Shown here: in pieces, positions 52,029-62,495 of the stretch
How positions within the stretch are numbered: position 1 is the first letter of the stretch
Layout of the letters: each line of letters opens with the position of its first letter
Assembly (NCBI GenBank): GCA_963748625.1
Contig: CAVVJT010000003.1
Coordinates: 64,001-128,000, forward strand
DNA length: 64,000 nt
Direction: 5' to 3'
From: an uncultured Chloroflexia bacterium
Lineage (GTDB): Bacteria; Chloroflexota; Limnocylindria; Limnocylindrales; CSP1-4
The notes under the pieces: generated by a model
Told to the model about the DNA's origin: nothing
Seen by the model: the letters and a program-made list of their open reading frames with translations, nothing else
Databases searched by the model: none
Program-made: the position numbers and the translations under genes

Positions 52029-54539
52029 TCAGAGCTCGGCCATGGCGGCCTCAAGGCGTGTCGTCGCGGTGGCGTGGTCCAGCGTGGAGTCGAACCACAT
52101 CGGCTCGCCCACGACAAGCTCCACGTCCCCCCGCAGCGATGACGGCAGCCGCCGCGCGTCGATGATCGACATGCGGTGGATCTTGAGCTTCACGGGTACC
52201 ACGGGTGACCCGCCTTCGACGGCGATCAGGCCCGCCCCTGCCCGTAGCGGCTGGAGCGGCCCACCGACGGTGAGCTTGCCCTCGGGGTACAGGAGCACGT
52301 TGTAGCCGCGGTCCATCCGCGACCCGAGCAGCTCCAGGCTCTTGCGGACGCCACCTTCGCGCTGCAGCGGGAAGGCGTTCGCGATCACCGACGCCAGCAC
52401 GCCCCGGAGGGGGTTCTCGTAGATCGTGTCCGCGGCGGCCGCGACCGACAGCTTCCAGCGGATCGCGAACGGGAGGCTGGACAGGATGATGGCGTTGTCG
52501 AGGTGGAGGCAGTGATTTGGCGTCAGCAGGTACGGGCCGTCCTCGCTCACGAGCCGTTCCAGGCCTCGAGTCCTCACGCGATAGAAGAGGTGGACGAACG
52601 GATACATGAGCAGCACCTGGAACGCGATGCCTGTGGCGCGGACGACAGGCGAAAGCGGCCAGCGCCAGGCCCCCAGCCCACGCTTGGCGCCGCGGGCGGC
52701 CTCCACCAGCGCGATCAGCCCGGCCACGGTGGTGTCCGGCTCGAGGACCTCGTCGTCGACGAAGATGCCGGTCTCCTCCTCGATGACGCCGAGCAGCTCC
52801 ACGCGCTGGAGGGAGTCCAGGGCGAGGTCCGATGCGAGGCGGGCCGTCGGCAGGATCGTCGCGGCCGGAATCCCCGCAAGGCCTGCGACGATCACCGTGA
52901 TCGGGTCGATGGCGGCGTCCAGCGGATCGCGGGCCAGCTTCGATGCCGCCGCAGGGATGGGCGCAGAAGCGGGCCGGGCGAGCCCGTCGAGGCGCGCCAG
53001 GACGTCGGGCTTGCGGACCTTGAGCGTGTGCGTCCGGGGCAGGTCCTCGTCCGGCCACACGGTGGAGCCGCGGATCTGCTGGTGGGGCGCAAGGCGCGCG
53101 TTCGCTGCCGCGACCACATCCGGGGCGACCCCTTCATCGTCCAGGAGGAGCACCGCATGGACCCGCAGTCCGGCGCCCAGCGGCCAGCCGACGACCGCTG
53201 CATCGCGGACGCGTGGATCCTCCCGCAGGATCGCCTCCACGTCCTCCGCGTACACCTTCTGACCGTCCGGGAGGGCCAGCATGTCCTTCTTGCGCCCCCG
53301 GAAGGTGAGCATGCCGTCCGCGGTGAGAGCCCCCAGGTCGCCCATGTGGTACCAGCCGTCGTCGTCGATCGCGGCGGCGGTCGCCTCGGGGTTCTGCCAG
53401 TAGCCAAGGAAGCGTCCGGGGCTGCGCGCCAGGATCTCGCCGTCGTCGGCGATCCGGACTTCAACGCCCGGGATCGGCTCGCCAACCGTCCCGAGCACGT
53501 TCCGCTCAGGCCGGGTGAACGTGACGACGGGGCCCATCTCCGTTGCGCCATAGCCCTGCAGGACGTCGATGCCCATGTCCGTCCAGCGCTGCGCGACGTC
53601 GATGTCCAGCGCCGATGCGCCGACGCCGATCGTGTGGAGGCGTCCGCCGAACTCCGCCAGGATCCTCCGGAACAGCAGGCGGCGGAGCGGCTTCGGTGCC
53701 CGGCCCGCGACCGCGTGCAACTGCTCGAACGAGGCCCGCTTGCCGGCCTGGTCCACCCGCCGCTCGATCGCAGCGTCGAGCAGGCGTAGCCCTTGCGGCA
53801 CGATCAGGAGCGTGGAGACGCCGAAGTCCCGGAAGGTCCGCACCAGCACCGCCGGCTGGCGGCTGACCGGGTAGACCACGCTGGCGCCAACTGTCAGCGG
53901 CGCGAGGAACCCGAGCACCTGCTCGTAGAGATGCGAGAGCGGAAGCACCGAGAGCAGCCGCTCATGCGTGTCGAACGGCAGGACGCTTGTCATAGCGGTC
54001 GCGGTCGCCACGAGGTTGCCGTGGGTCAGCATGGCGCCCTTGGGCTCGCCCGTCGTACCGCTCGTGAACACGATCTCGGCGAGGGTGTCTGGAGTGACGG
54101 AAGCCGCGGGCGCCGGCGTGGCGCGGCGGGCGTCGTCGACGAGCGTCTCGACCCACAGTACGGGCAGCCCCAGGGCGCGGGCCGAGCCCTCCGTCTGGCG
54201 GCAGGCCAGGACCAGTCTCGCCCCGGTCTGGCTCACGATCTTGGCACCGAACTCCACTGGATGGCGGACGTCGAGCGGCACGGCCACGGCCCCCAGGTGG
54301 GCGCACGCCAGCAGCCCGATCCCCCACTCCGGCCGGTTGACCGCCCAGAGGATGACGCGGTCGCCCTCCCCCACCCCGGCGTCCCGCAGGACGGCCGCGG
54401 CCCGGGGCACGATCGCCGCGAGGTCGCGGTACCGCCATGTCCGCGTCCGGAAGAACGGCCGGATCAGCAGCGCCGGTCGGCGGTCGAAGCGCTCCGCACC
54501 GCAGCGGACCACGTCAACGAGGGTCGCGGGGGCCTGCAC
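52029..54539 (-). CDS. Fatty acyl-adenylate ligase + carrier domain + PlsC-type acyltransferase fusion
   Basis: FTSGTTGEPKG, QGYGATE, GDLG; LALDSL phosphopantetheine site; NHCLHLD and YPEG acyltransferase motifs. Confidence 0.9.
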   Translation of the reverse strand: MQAPATLVDVVRCGAERFDRRPALLIRPFFRTRTWRYRDLAAIVPRAAAVLRDAGVGEGDRVILWAVNRPEWGIGLLACAHLGAVAVPLDVRHPVEFGAKIVSQTGARLVLACRQTEGSARALGLPVLWVETLVDDARRATPAPAASVTPDTLAEIVFTSGTTGEPKGAMLTHGNLVATATAMTSVLPFDTHERLLSVLPLSHLYEQVLGFLAPLTVGASVVYPVSRQPAVLVRTFRDFGVSTLLIVPQGLRLLDAAIERRVDQAGKRASFEQLHAVAGRAPKPLRRLLFRRILAEFGGRLHTIGVGASALDIDVAQRWTDMGIDVLQGYGATEMGPVVTFTRPERNVLGTVGEPIPGVEVRIADDGEILARSPGRFLGYWQNPEATAAAIDDDGWYHMGDLGALTADGMLTFRGRKKDMLALPDGQKVYAEDVEAILREDPRVRDAAVVGWPLGAGLRVHAVLLLDDEGVAPDVVAAANARLAPHQQIRGSTVWPDEDLPRTHTLKVRKPDVLARLDGLARPASAPIPAAASKLARDPLDAAIDPITVIVAGLAGIPAATILPTARLASDLALDSLQRVELLGVIEEETGIFVDDEVLEPDTTVAGLIALVEAARGAKRGLGAWRWPLSPVVRATGIAFQVLLMYPFVHLFYRVRTRGLERLVSEDGPYLLTPNHCLHLDNAIILSSLPFAIRWKLSVAAAADTIYENPLRGVLASVIANAFPLQREGGVRKSLELLGSRMDRGYNVLLYPEGKLTVGGPLQPLRAGAGLIAVEGGSPVVPVKLKIHRMSIIDARRLPSSLRGDVELVVGEPMWFDSTLDHATATTRLEAAMAEL

Positions 54540-54561
54540 AGCGTGGTACCTCCCCTGCCGC

Positions 54562-55233
54562 TCAGCGCTCCTGGCTGACCAGCCTTCCGAGTGCCTCTCC
54601 GGCACCTCCGGCGAGGGGTGCGTAGTGCCCGAACACGATGGTGTCGATGTCGAGGTCGACCAGTCGCGCCATCGACCTGCGTGACTGGGCCCAGTCGTCG
54701 CTGTAGAGCGTGCTGGCGAACGTCAGCCGGCCGAACCGGCGCTGGAGGTTGTCGCCCACGAAGAGGATCCGGTCGCGGGCGCTGTACAGGCACACGCTCC
54801 CCGGCGTGTGTCCCGGTGTGTGGATAACGCGCAAGCCGCCCATCACCGGCAAGACGTCGCCGTCCTCGACGTGTTGCACGGCCGGCGGCTCTGGCGTCAT
54901 GGCGGCGAAGATGTGGCCCTTCGACGGGCGCCGGGCGGCGTCACGCCACGTGATCGCGAGGCGCGCCGCGTCGGCGGGATGGATGTGGATGGTCGCCCCG
55001 CGAGCCGCCAGCTCGCTGGCGCTCCCAGCGTGATCGGGGTGTCCGTGGGTGACGACGACGCGGCGGAGATCCGCGGGCGCACGCCCCTGCGCGGCGATCG
55101 CCCGGGTGATCCGGTTGGCCGACCCCGCGTACCCGCAGTCGATGAGCGTCAGCTCCGGCTCGAGCACGAGGTGCGCCTTGACCCGTGTGAGCCGGATCTC
55201 CACGACGTCGCGGAGCGCCGCCTCGTCGCTCAC
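54562..55233 (-). CDS. MBL-fold metallo-hydrolase
   Basis: THGHPDHAG, HTPGHTPG, GD, FGH. Confidence 0.9.
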   Translation of the reverse strand: MSDEAALRDVVEIRLTRVKAHLVLEPELTLIDCGYAGSANRITRAIAAQGRAPADLRRVVVTHGHPDHAGSASELAARGATIHIHPADAARLAITWRDAARRPSKGHIFAAMTPEPPAVQHVEDGDVLPVMGGLRVIHTPGHTPGSVCLYSARDRILFVGDNLQRRFGRLTFASTLYSDDWAQSRRSMARLVDLDIDTIVFGHYAPLAGGAGEALGRLVSQER

Positions 55234-55495
55234 GGTGAGGTCCGCAGCCGCGCGGACACGCGGTCCGGTGGCGCGTCTCGGCGCGTCACGGACGCGAGGA
55301 CCCCGGTGTGATACGCCGCAGTCGGCACGGTCAGCCTCGCCAGGTCCCGATTGGACGTCATGGTCCCGGCCTGCCGTGTTCCCGCCTAGAGCCGGATGGA
55401 CTGCGGCCCTCCCCCGGCCCGGACCGCCGTCACCGGCCGTGCGCCGCCAACTACACTCGCGGGATCACCAACCGACCATGATCCAGGAGCGCGCC

Positions 55496-55744
55496 GTGAC
55501 CGACTCGATCAAGGGCTGGGATCCGGCCCTCGCCACCCGCCAGTCCACGTGCGAGCGCTGCGGCACGCAGTTCGGCTGCCGCAACCTGGGCGAGGAGGGG
55601 TCGTGCTGGTGCTCGATGGAGGCGTTCCGGCTGCCGGTGCCGCTGCCTGAGGGCGTGGGCCCGTTCGGCGACTGCCTGTGTCCGGACTGCCTGCGCGCCG
55701 TCGCCGACGAGCTGCGCGCAAAGGGGTTCGGCCCCGCCTCCTGA
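55496..55744 (+). CDS. Cysteine-rich CWC family small protein
   Basis: CERCG..FGC...CWC...DCLCPDCL; AGGAG RBS. Confidence 0.85.
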   Translation: MTDSIKGWDPALATRQSTCERCGTQFGCRNLGEEGSCWCSMEAFRLPVPLPEGVGPFGDCLCPDCLRAVADELRAKGFGPAS

Positions 55745-56016
55745 GGCCAGGGCGCTCGCCGTTTCGCTGGTGTGCCGGTCGGGTGCGGCATGCACGCTCG
55801 GCAATGCTGCAGGGGTCCGCAGATGCAACGTTGCGCATGGCGCACGGAATCGTCGCGCGAATTGGCACGAACGTGGGTGCGGAGCCCGAATCGTGACGTC
55901 GCGGTGCTCGTGGCGCACAACGATGCCGGGGCATCCCGGCTCTATTGCTCCCCATGCATGCAGCGCCCGGTGCAGAGCTGGCGGCGCGAGCGGCGAAGCG
56001 CGAGGATGGCGGTGGT

Positions 56017-56448
56017 TCAGCCGCCCATCGCGTTGGTGCCATCGGACAGGACCGGCGAGATCATGCCGAACACGTTGTTGTCCGGGTCGAGCAGGTAGCC
56101 AACACGCCCGATGCCCTGCATGTCCTGGGCCGGCAGCGCCTCAAGACCACCGAGCTCGACGCCGCGGGCCATCAGGCCGTCCACATCATCGACACCGATG
56201 ACGATGTTGCAGCCACTGACCGGTGCGCCAGGCTCCGGGCCTGGTCCCGGTCGCTTGTTCATGCCGCCGTTGATCCCGTGGCCACCGGTGCCGGCCACGT
56301 TCCCGATCGATCCTTCACCGGTGTCGATCATCCAGTACTCGACCTCGCCCCACCGCTGGAACCGCCAGCCGAGGAGCGCACTGTAGAAGTCGATGAGCCG
56401 CTGGGGCTCGGATGCGTGGATCTCGAAGTGGACGACGAGGTTCGCCAT
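56017..56448 (-). CDS. VOC (glyoxalase/bleomycin resistance) family protein
   Basis: VVHFEIHA..P.R...FY..LLGW, GINGG, DPDNNVFG. Confidence 0.9.
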   Translation of the reverse strand: MANLVVHFEIHASEPQRLIDFYSALLGWRFQRWGEVEYWMIDTGEGSIGNVAGTGGHGINGGMNKRPGPGPEPGAPVSGCNIVIGVDDVDGLMARGVELGGLEALPAQDMQGIGRVGYLLDPDNNVFGMISPVLSDGTNAMGG

Positions 56449-56501
56449 TACCTGCCTCCGTGGGGTACGCGGCTTCGATCGCCCCCAGTATGGCAGCGGG
56501 G

Positions 56502-56534
56502 TTGACACTGCCGTCGTACAACCATATGGTTGTA
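56502..56534 (+). promoter_or_regulatory. Sigma70 promoter (TTGACA-17-TATGGT) overlapped by perfect 18-bp palindrome TACAACCATATGGTTGTA (probable ArsR operator)
   Basis: Direct reading: -35 56502-56507, -10 56525-56530, palindrome 56517-56534. Confidence 0.82.
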
Positions 56535-56537
56535 GCA

Positions 56538-56873
56538 ATGCAGACAGCGTTCCAGCCGGATCTCGTCTTCGCCGCCCTGGCTGATGCCACCCGGCGGGAC
56601 ATCGTCCTGCGGGCCCTGGGCGGCCACGAAGGCGTTGCCGAGCTTGCCTCCCACTATCCGATGAGCTTTGCGGCGGTGCAGAAGCACGTCGCGGTGCTCG
56701 AGCGGGCGGGCCTGGTCAGCAAGCAGCGCGTCGGCCGCCGCAAGGTGGTTCGCACGGAGATCGAGGCCCTTCGGCTGGCACGCGGCCTGCTGGACCAGTA
56801 CGAGGCGTTGTGGCGGGGCCGGATCGACCGGATGACCGACCTCATCGCCACCAGCAAGGAGTCCCGAGCATGA
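56538..56873 (+). CDS. ArsR/SmtB family transcriptional regulator
   Basis: VFAALADATRRDI, V.ELA..YPMSFAAVQKHVAVLERAGLV.K.R.GR. Confidence 0.92.
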   Translation: MQTAFQPDLVFAALADATRRDIVLRALGGHEGVAELASHYPMSFAAVQKHVAVLERAGLVSKQRVGRRKVVRTEIEALRLARGLLDQYEALWRGRIDRMTDLIATSKESRA

Positions 56874-57370
56874 CGGTCACCGCGGTCCGCAAGGACCCCA
56901 GCGCCCTGACGATGACCCTCACCGCCGAGTTCGAGGCCACACCGGAGCGGGTGTGGCAGCTGTGGGCCGATCCCAGGCAGCTCGAGCGCTGGTGGGGCCC
57001 GCCCACCTACCCCGCCACCTTCACCCGCCACGAGCTCGCTCCCGGGGGCCGCGTGGAGTACCACATGACCGGGCCCGAGGGCGACCAGCCCCGCGGCTAC
57101 TGGGTCGTGCTTGAGGCCGACCCGCCGCGCACCATCGAGTTCGAGGATGGCTTCGCGCACGCGGACGGGACGCCGAACGACGACTTCCCGCGGACGCTGG
57201 GCCGGGTCGTGATCGAGCCCATCGACGCCGACCACACCCGGATGTCCATCGAGAGCAGGTTCGCCACGGTGGAGTCAATGGAGCAGTTGGTGGCCATGGG
57301 GATGGAGCAGGGCCTCACCGAGGCCGTGGGCCAGATCGACGCGATCCTCGCCGAAGGCGTCGCGGCATGA
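56870..57370 (+). CDS. SRPBCC/AHSA1 domain protein
   Basis: PERVWQLWADPRQLERWWGPPTYPA, YHMTGPEG, GMEQG. Confidence 0.9.
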   Translation: MTVTAVRKDPSALTMTLTAEFEATPERVWQLWADPRQLERWWGPPTYPATFTRHELAPGGRVEYHMTGPEGDQPRGYWVVLEADPPRTIEFEDGFAHADGTPNDDFPRTLGRVVIEPIDADHTRMSIESRFATVESMEQLVAMGMEQGLTEAVGQIDAILAEGVAA

Positions 57371-58248
57371 CGGCGCTCGGAGCACAGGTCACCCGGACGC
57401 TCGCCGCTCCGGGCGCCACGCTCGCCTACGACGTGCGCGAGGCCATTTCCGACGAGCCCGCGCTGCTGCTGATCGGGTCACCGATGGGCGCGGGCGGCTT
57501 CGCCACCCTCGCCTCCCACTTCGCCGACCGCACGGTCGTCACCTACGACCCGCGCGGCGTGGAGCGCAGCGTCAAGGACGATCCGGCGACGATCTCCACG
57601 CCGGACCAGCACGCCGACGACGTCCACCGGATCATCGGGGCCCTGGGCGGCGGCCCCGTCGACCTGTTCGCGAGCAGCGGCGGGGCGGTCAACGCGCTGG
57701 CCCTGGTCGCAGCCCAACCGGGCGAGGTGCGCACGCTGGTCGCCCACGAGCCACCGCTGGCTGCCCTCCTCCCCGACCGCGATGCGGCGCTGGCGGCATC
57801 GAAGGCCATTGCGGACGCGTACCAGGCTGACGGGTTCGGGGCGGGCATGGCGCGCTTCATCGCCGTGGTCGGCCACCAGGGCCCGTTCACGCCGGCAGAC
57901 GCGACCGCGCCCACGCCAGACCCGGCGACGTTCGGCCTGCCTGTGGAGGACGACGGGGCGCGGACCGATCCGCTCCTGTTCCAGAACATGCTCACCTCCA
58001 CCCACTACGAGCCGGACTTCGACGCGCTCCGTGCGTCGCCGACGCGTGTCGTCATCGCCGTCGGGACCGATTCCGATGGCCAGTTGGCCCACCGGGGAGG
58101 CCTGGCCGCCGCAGGACGCCTCGGCGCCGAGGCGCTGCGCTTCCCGGGCGACCACAGCGGGTTCCTGGGCGGCGAGTACGGCCAGGCCGGCGTACCCGAC
58201 GCGTTCGCAGCGAAGCTCCGCGAGGTCCTGGAAGACTCCCAGCCCTAG
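57367..58248 (+). CDS. Alpha/beta fold hydrolase
   Basis: YDPRG, FASSGGA nucleophile elbow, AHEPP, FPGDHSGF. Confidence 0.88.
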   Translation: MTALGAQVTRTLAAPGATLAYDVREAISDEPALLLIGSPMGAGGFATLASHFADRTVVTYDPRGVERSVKDDPATISTPDQHADDVHRIIGALGGGPVDLFASSGGAVNALALVAAQPGEVRTLVAHEPPLAALLPDRDAALAASKAIADAYQADGFGAGMARFIAVVGHQGPFTPADATAPTPDPATFGLPVEDDGARTDPLLFQNMLTSTHYEPDFDALRASPTRVVIAVGTDSDGQLAHRGGLAAAGRLGAEALRFPGDHSGFLGGEYGQAGVPDAFAAKLREVLEDSQP

Positions 58249-61137
58249 CCTGGAACACGCTCGATGCGGACGCGGGCATCCACGACCGTGGTGCCCGCGG
58301 CCAGCACGATCACCGGATTGAGGTCCATCTCGACGATCTCGGGGTGGGCCTCCACCATCGCGCTGACCCGGAGGAGCGTCTCCTCCAGCGCGGCGATGTC
58401 GCCACGCGGACCAACGACCGGTTCGGCAAGCTCCGCGTGGGCGTCCAGCGAGCCGACCAGCTCGGCTGCGTCACGATCGGTCAGCGGCGTGATGCGCACG
58501 CCGACGTCGCGCAGCCGCGAGACCTCGGCCCCGCCGGCGCCACAGGCGATCACCGGCCCGAACAGGCGGTCGTGGACGACGCCCACGAGCATCTCGTGCC
58601 CGTCGGCGACCATCCGCTGGACAAGGAAGCCGTCGAGGACGTGGCCGGCGGCCACCAGCCGGTCGCGCATCGCCTCGGCCGCGTCGCGAACCTCCGCCGC
58701 GCCCTCGAGCGCGAGCACCACGGCGCCCGCCTCGACCTTGCGCACCAGGCCCGGAACGACGGCCTTGAGCGCCACGAGGCCGCCCAGCTCGACGGCGGCG
58801 GCACCGGCGCCATCGGGCGTGCCGGCCATGCGCCACGGCGCCATCGGGATGCCGTAGCAGCCAAGCAGCGCCGCGATCTCGCCAGGGTCCAGCCAGCGGG
58901 TCGCGGCCGCGCCCGTGGCGGCCGCCGGGACCGCCGCAAGGGCGTAGGCGGACGGGCCGCCTCGATACCCGGAACCTCCGCCTCGATACCCGGAACTTTC
59001 ACGGTCGCCCCCTCGAGGCGCGCGAGAGCCTCCGCGAGGACGGCGGATGCCTCGTCTGCGCGGAGATCGTCGAACGCCGGCACCGACGCCCGGCTCCGTG
59101 CGCCGCCACTCCGCATACCGCGCTGCATGCCCAAGCGCTCGAGCCGCCTCCTCCGGGTAGCCGTAGGCGGGGATGCGCACCTTGTCGCTCCCGAGCGCGG
59201 CCGGGCCGCCGTCCGCGGCCATGAACACCGCGAGCACCGGGAGGGGCCGCTCCAGCGACGCGGCGGCGTCACGGATCGCCCCGGCCACGGCCTCGGCGTC
59301 GCCGCCCAGGGGCGGCACGAACAGGGTGATGATCGCGTGGATGTCCTCGCACCCCGCAAGGACGCGGATGGCGTGGCCGTAGGCCTCCGGTGCCGCATCC
59401 ACGGTGTCCACCGGGTTCCCCAGCGACGCCTCCGGCGGGAAGCACGGCTGCCAGCGCCGCCCGGACGGCAACCGGGAGCGCGGGGACCTCGAGGCCCGCC
59501 GCCTCGCACGCGTCAGCCGCGAGGATCCCAGGTCCGCCGCCGTTGGTGAGGATCGCGACGCCCCGCCCGCCGGGGAGCGGCTGGTTGGCGAGGAGCGCCG
59601 CCACGTCGAAGAACTCGCCGAGGGTGTCCGTGCGCACGACGCCGGCCTGGCGGAAGAGCGCCTCGACGGTGACGTCGGACTGGCCGATGCGCACCCCGGT
59701 GTGCGAGGTGGTCGCCCGGGCACCGGCCGCCGACCGCCCGCTCTTCACGGCGATCGATCGGCTTGGTCCGGCCCACGCGGCGCGCGATCCGGCTGAACTT
59801 GCGCGGATTGCCCAGCGACTCGAGGTACAGCGCGATGACCGAGCAGGCCGGGTCGTCCTCCCAGTACTGGAGGAAGTCGTTGCCCGAGAGGTCCGCCTTG
59901 TTGCCGATGGCGATGAAGCTCGACAGGCCCAGGCCCGAGCGGTTCGCGTGGTCGATCAGCGCAAGGCCCAGCGCGCCGCTCTGCGAGAGCAGGCCGACGC
60001 CGCCGGGTGCCGGCGAGCGCGTGCCGAAGGTGGCGTTGAGCACGGACCTCGGGGTCGGGGTTGATAACCCCCAGGCTGTTCGGGCCGACCAGGCGCATGC
60101 CCGCGCCGCGACAGGCTGCGACCAGGTCTCGCTGGCGGGCAACGCCCTCGGGGCCGGCCTCGGCGAAGCCGCGCGACGCGACGATGACGCTCTTGACGCC
60201 CCGCTCCGCGCACTCGCGCACGACGTCGCACGACATCGGCAGCGGGCACGGCGACGACGGCGAGGTCCACGGTGCCCGGGATGTCGAGCGACGGAGCGGT
60301 AGGCCGCCACGGACTGCACGACGTCGGCGCCCGGGTTGACCGGGTAGACGGGGCCGGTGAAGCCCGCCGGCGAGCAGGTTGTGGAACAGCTCTCCACCGA
60401 CCGTCCCTCGCCGACGCGACGCACCGATGACCGCCACGGAGCGCGGGTGCAGGAGCGTGCGCACTGCTGCAGCCGCGGCGTGCTGCTCCCGTGCGCTCGA
60501 AGCGCGCTCGCGCCTCGCCGGTCAGCGCCGTCGGGAACTCCACGCGCAGCTCGCCGATGTCGGCGTGCACGCGAAGCGGGAAGCCCGTCGCCCGGAAGAC
60601 CTCGAGCATCTTGGCGTTCTCGGGGAGGACCTCGGCGTGGAAGGTCGTGATCCCGACGGCGCTGGCGCGTCGCGCGAGCTCCTCGAGCAGGAGCGTCGCC
60701 ACGCCCAGACCCTGGTACGCCTCGGCGACGACGAACGCGACCTCGGCGCTGTCGGGTCCCAGCCGGTCGGCGCTGGCGTTGCCGATGATGGTGCCCGCGG
60801 CGCCGTCCGGCCCACCGCCCGTCTCGGCGACCAGCGACACGTCGCCGGCGCGCTCAAGCACCGCCCAGCGATGGGCACGGTCAGGCAGGTTGGGGCGGAG
60901 CGTCGCGAACCGCAGCCGCTTCGTCTCGTCCTCGAGCCCCTCGAGGAACGCGAGGAGCGCGGGCTCGTCGGCGACCTCCGCGTCCCGCACGGTGATGGAG
61001 GACCCGTCGCGCAGGATCGTGTCCCGTGCCTCGTCGCGGGCTGGCGCGCCGGCCGGTCGCTCCACGTCGGACTCCCCTGCTCCACCGTCCGGGGCGTGCG
61101 TGCGTGCTACTGTCGCGCGCGTCGGCATTCCCGGCAC
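58245..61137 (-). CDS. GNAT + NDP-forming acyl-CoA synthetase-like (Pat-type protein acetyltransferase); several frameshifts
   Basis: GNAT AEVAFVV..YQGLGVAT..LL; PRSVAVIGAS; SQSGALG; GNKADLS; TNGGGPGILAADAC; ATP-grasp DLNPVIV, split across frames. Confidence 0.82.
58957..58996. repeat. 21-bp period tandem duplication CCGCCTCGATACCCGGAAC(CT) in the Pat linker
   Basis: Copies start at 58957 and 58978. Confidence 0.85.
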
Positions 61138-61177
61138 GCCTCGATGGTACGCGAGGCGTGCTCGCCCACGAGGCCCC

Positions 61178-62352
61178 ATGGATCCCACGCCGCTCGTCGT
61201 CTACGGCCCCGGCAACCACGCGTACGACTTCGGCGATCCCCATCCCGTTCACGCCGCGCCGCTTCGGGCCGGGGATCGACCTGTTGCGCGAGCTCGGGGC
61301 GACCGACTTCAGCGCACCCGTGCCGGCAACCGACGCGGAGCTCGAGACCGTCCACCAGCGCCACTACATCCGGCTGGTCCGGCTCCTCTCGGACTACCCT
61401 GAAGCCGCCGCCGAGGCCGGATTCGACGACAAGGACACCCCGCCCTTCTACGACATGCACGACGCCGCGGCGGGCGTGGTCGGCGGCACGGTTCACGCGA
61501 TGGACCGCATCCTGGGCGGTGAGGTCACCCACGCCTTCCACCCGGGCGGGGGCCTCCACCACGCCTTCCCGGGGCGCGCCGGGGGGTTCTGCGTCTACAA
61601 CGACCTCGCGATCTCGATCCGTCGGGCCCGGGACGCCGGGCACCGGGTCCTCTACGTGGACGTCGACGCCCATCACGGCGACGGCGTGGAGTCGGTGTTC
61701 TGGGACGATCCCGCTCGTCCAGACGGTGTCGATCCACGAGTCCGGCCTCACGCTGTTCCCGGGCTCCGGGTTCCCAGAGGATCACGGCGGACAGGGCGCC
61801 GAGGGGAGTGCGGTCAACATCCCGCTCGAGGCAGGAACGACCGATGCCTCGTGGCTTGCAGCGGTGGAGCTCGTGGTGCCGGCCGTTGCCGAGGCCTTCC
61901 GGCCATCGGTCCTCGTCACCACGCAGGGCTGTGACGGCCACCACCTGGACCCGCTGTCCAACCTCTCCCTCTCGACCAGCGCGCTGTACCGGGCCGCACG
62001 CCTGCTCGACGAGGTCGCCCACCGCCACGCGGGGGGCCGCTGGCTCGCGACGGGCGCGGGCGGCTACGACGTGTATCGCGTGGTCCCTCGCTCCTGGGCG
62101 CTGATCTGGCTGGCGATGGTCCACCGGGACGTGCCGGCAGCGATCCCGCCGGCGTGGCGCGAGCGCTGGGCCGCCGACGCACGACGCCTCGGCCAGCACC
62201 CGCTGCCCGAGGTGTTCCTCGACGCTTCGGGTGTTGCGCCTGCCGAGCCCCCGGAGGCCGCCGGGCGCAACCGCGCCACGGTCGAGCACGCGCTCGAGCA
62301 CACGCTTCGCATCCTGCGGGATCGGGCTGCCGCCGATGGGAGCCTCCCCTAG
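61178..62352 (+). CDS. acuC: AcuC-like Zn-dependent (HDAC family) deacetylase; frameshifts near 61248 and 61712
   Basis: YDFGDPHP/FTPRR, GGGLHHA, GFCVYND, DVDAHHGDG, SIHE, DPL, GAGGY. Confidence 0.85.
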
Positions 62353-62495
62353 TCCTGCACCAAGCGCCTGTGACCACGCGGGTTGACATCGGTGCACCGG
62401 TTCAGCCAGAGTTCCCCAATGGTCTGCCATGGCGGACCCCGACCAAGCGCGAGGCGAAGGCCTCGCGGGCTGTCCCCCAGGTCGAGGAGAACCCG

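Noticed and set aside
54819-54828. Perfect DnaA box TGTGGATAA
   Set aside because: Single copy inside the coding motif VIHTPGH of the MBL gene
55337-55365. SRP RNA (CAGGTCC...GGA)
   Set aside because: Lacks the GNRA tetraloop and AGCAG of domain IV
55745-56016. Intergenic stretch with short palindromes (GCAACGTTGC, TGCATGCA)
   Set aside because: No second copy in the window, no terminal repeats, no credible ORF; cannot support a MITE/REP call
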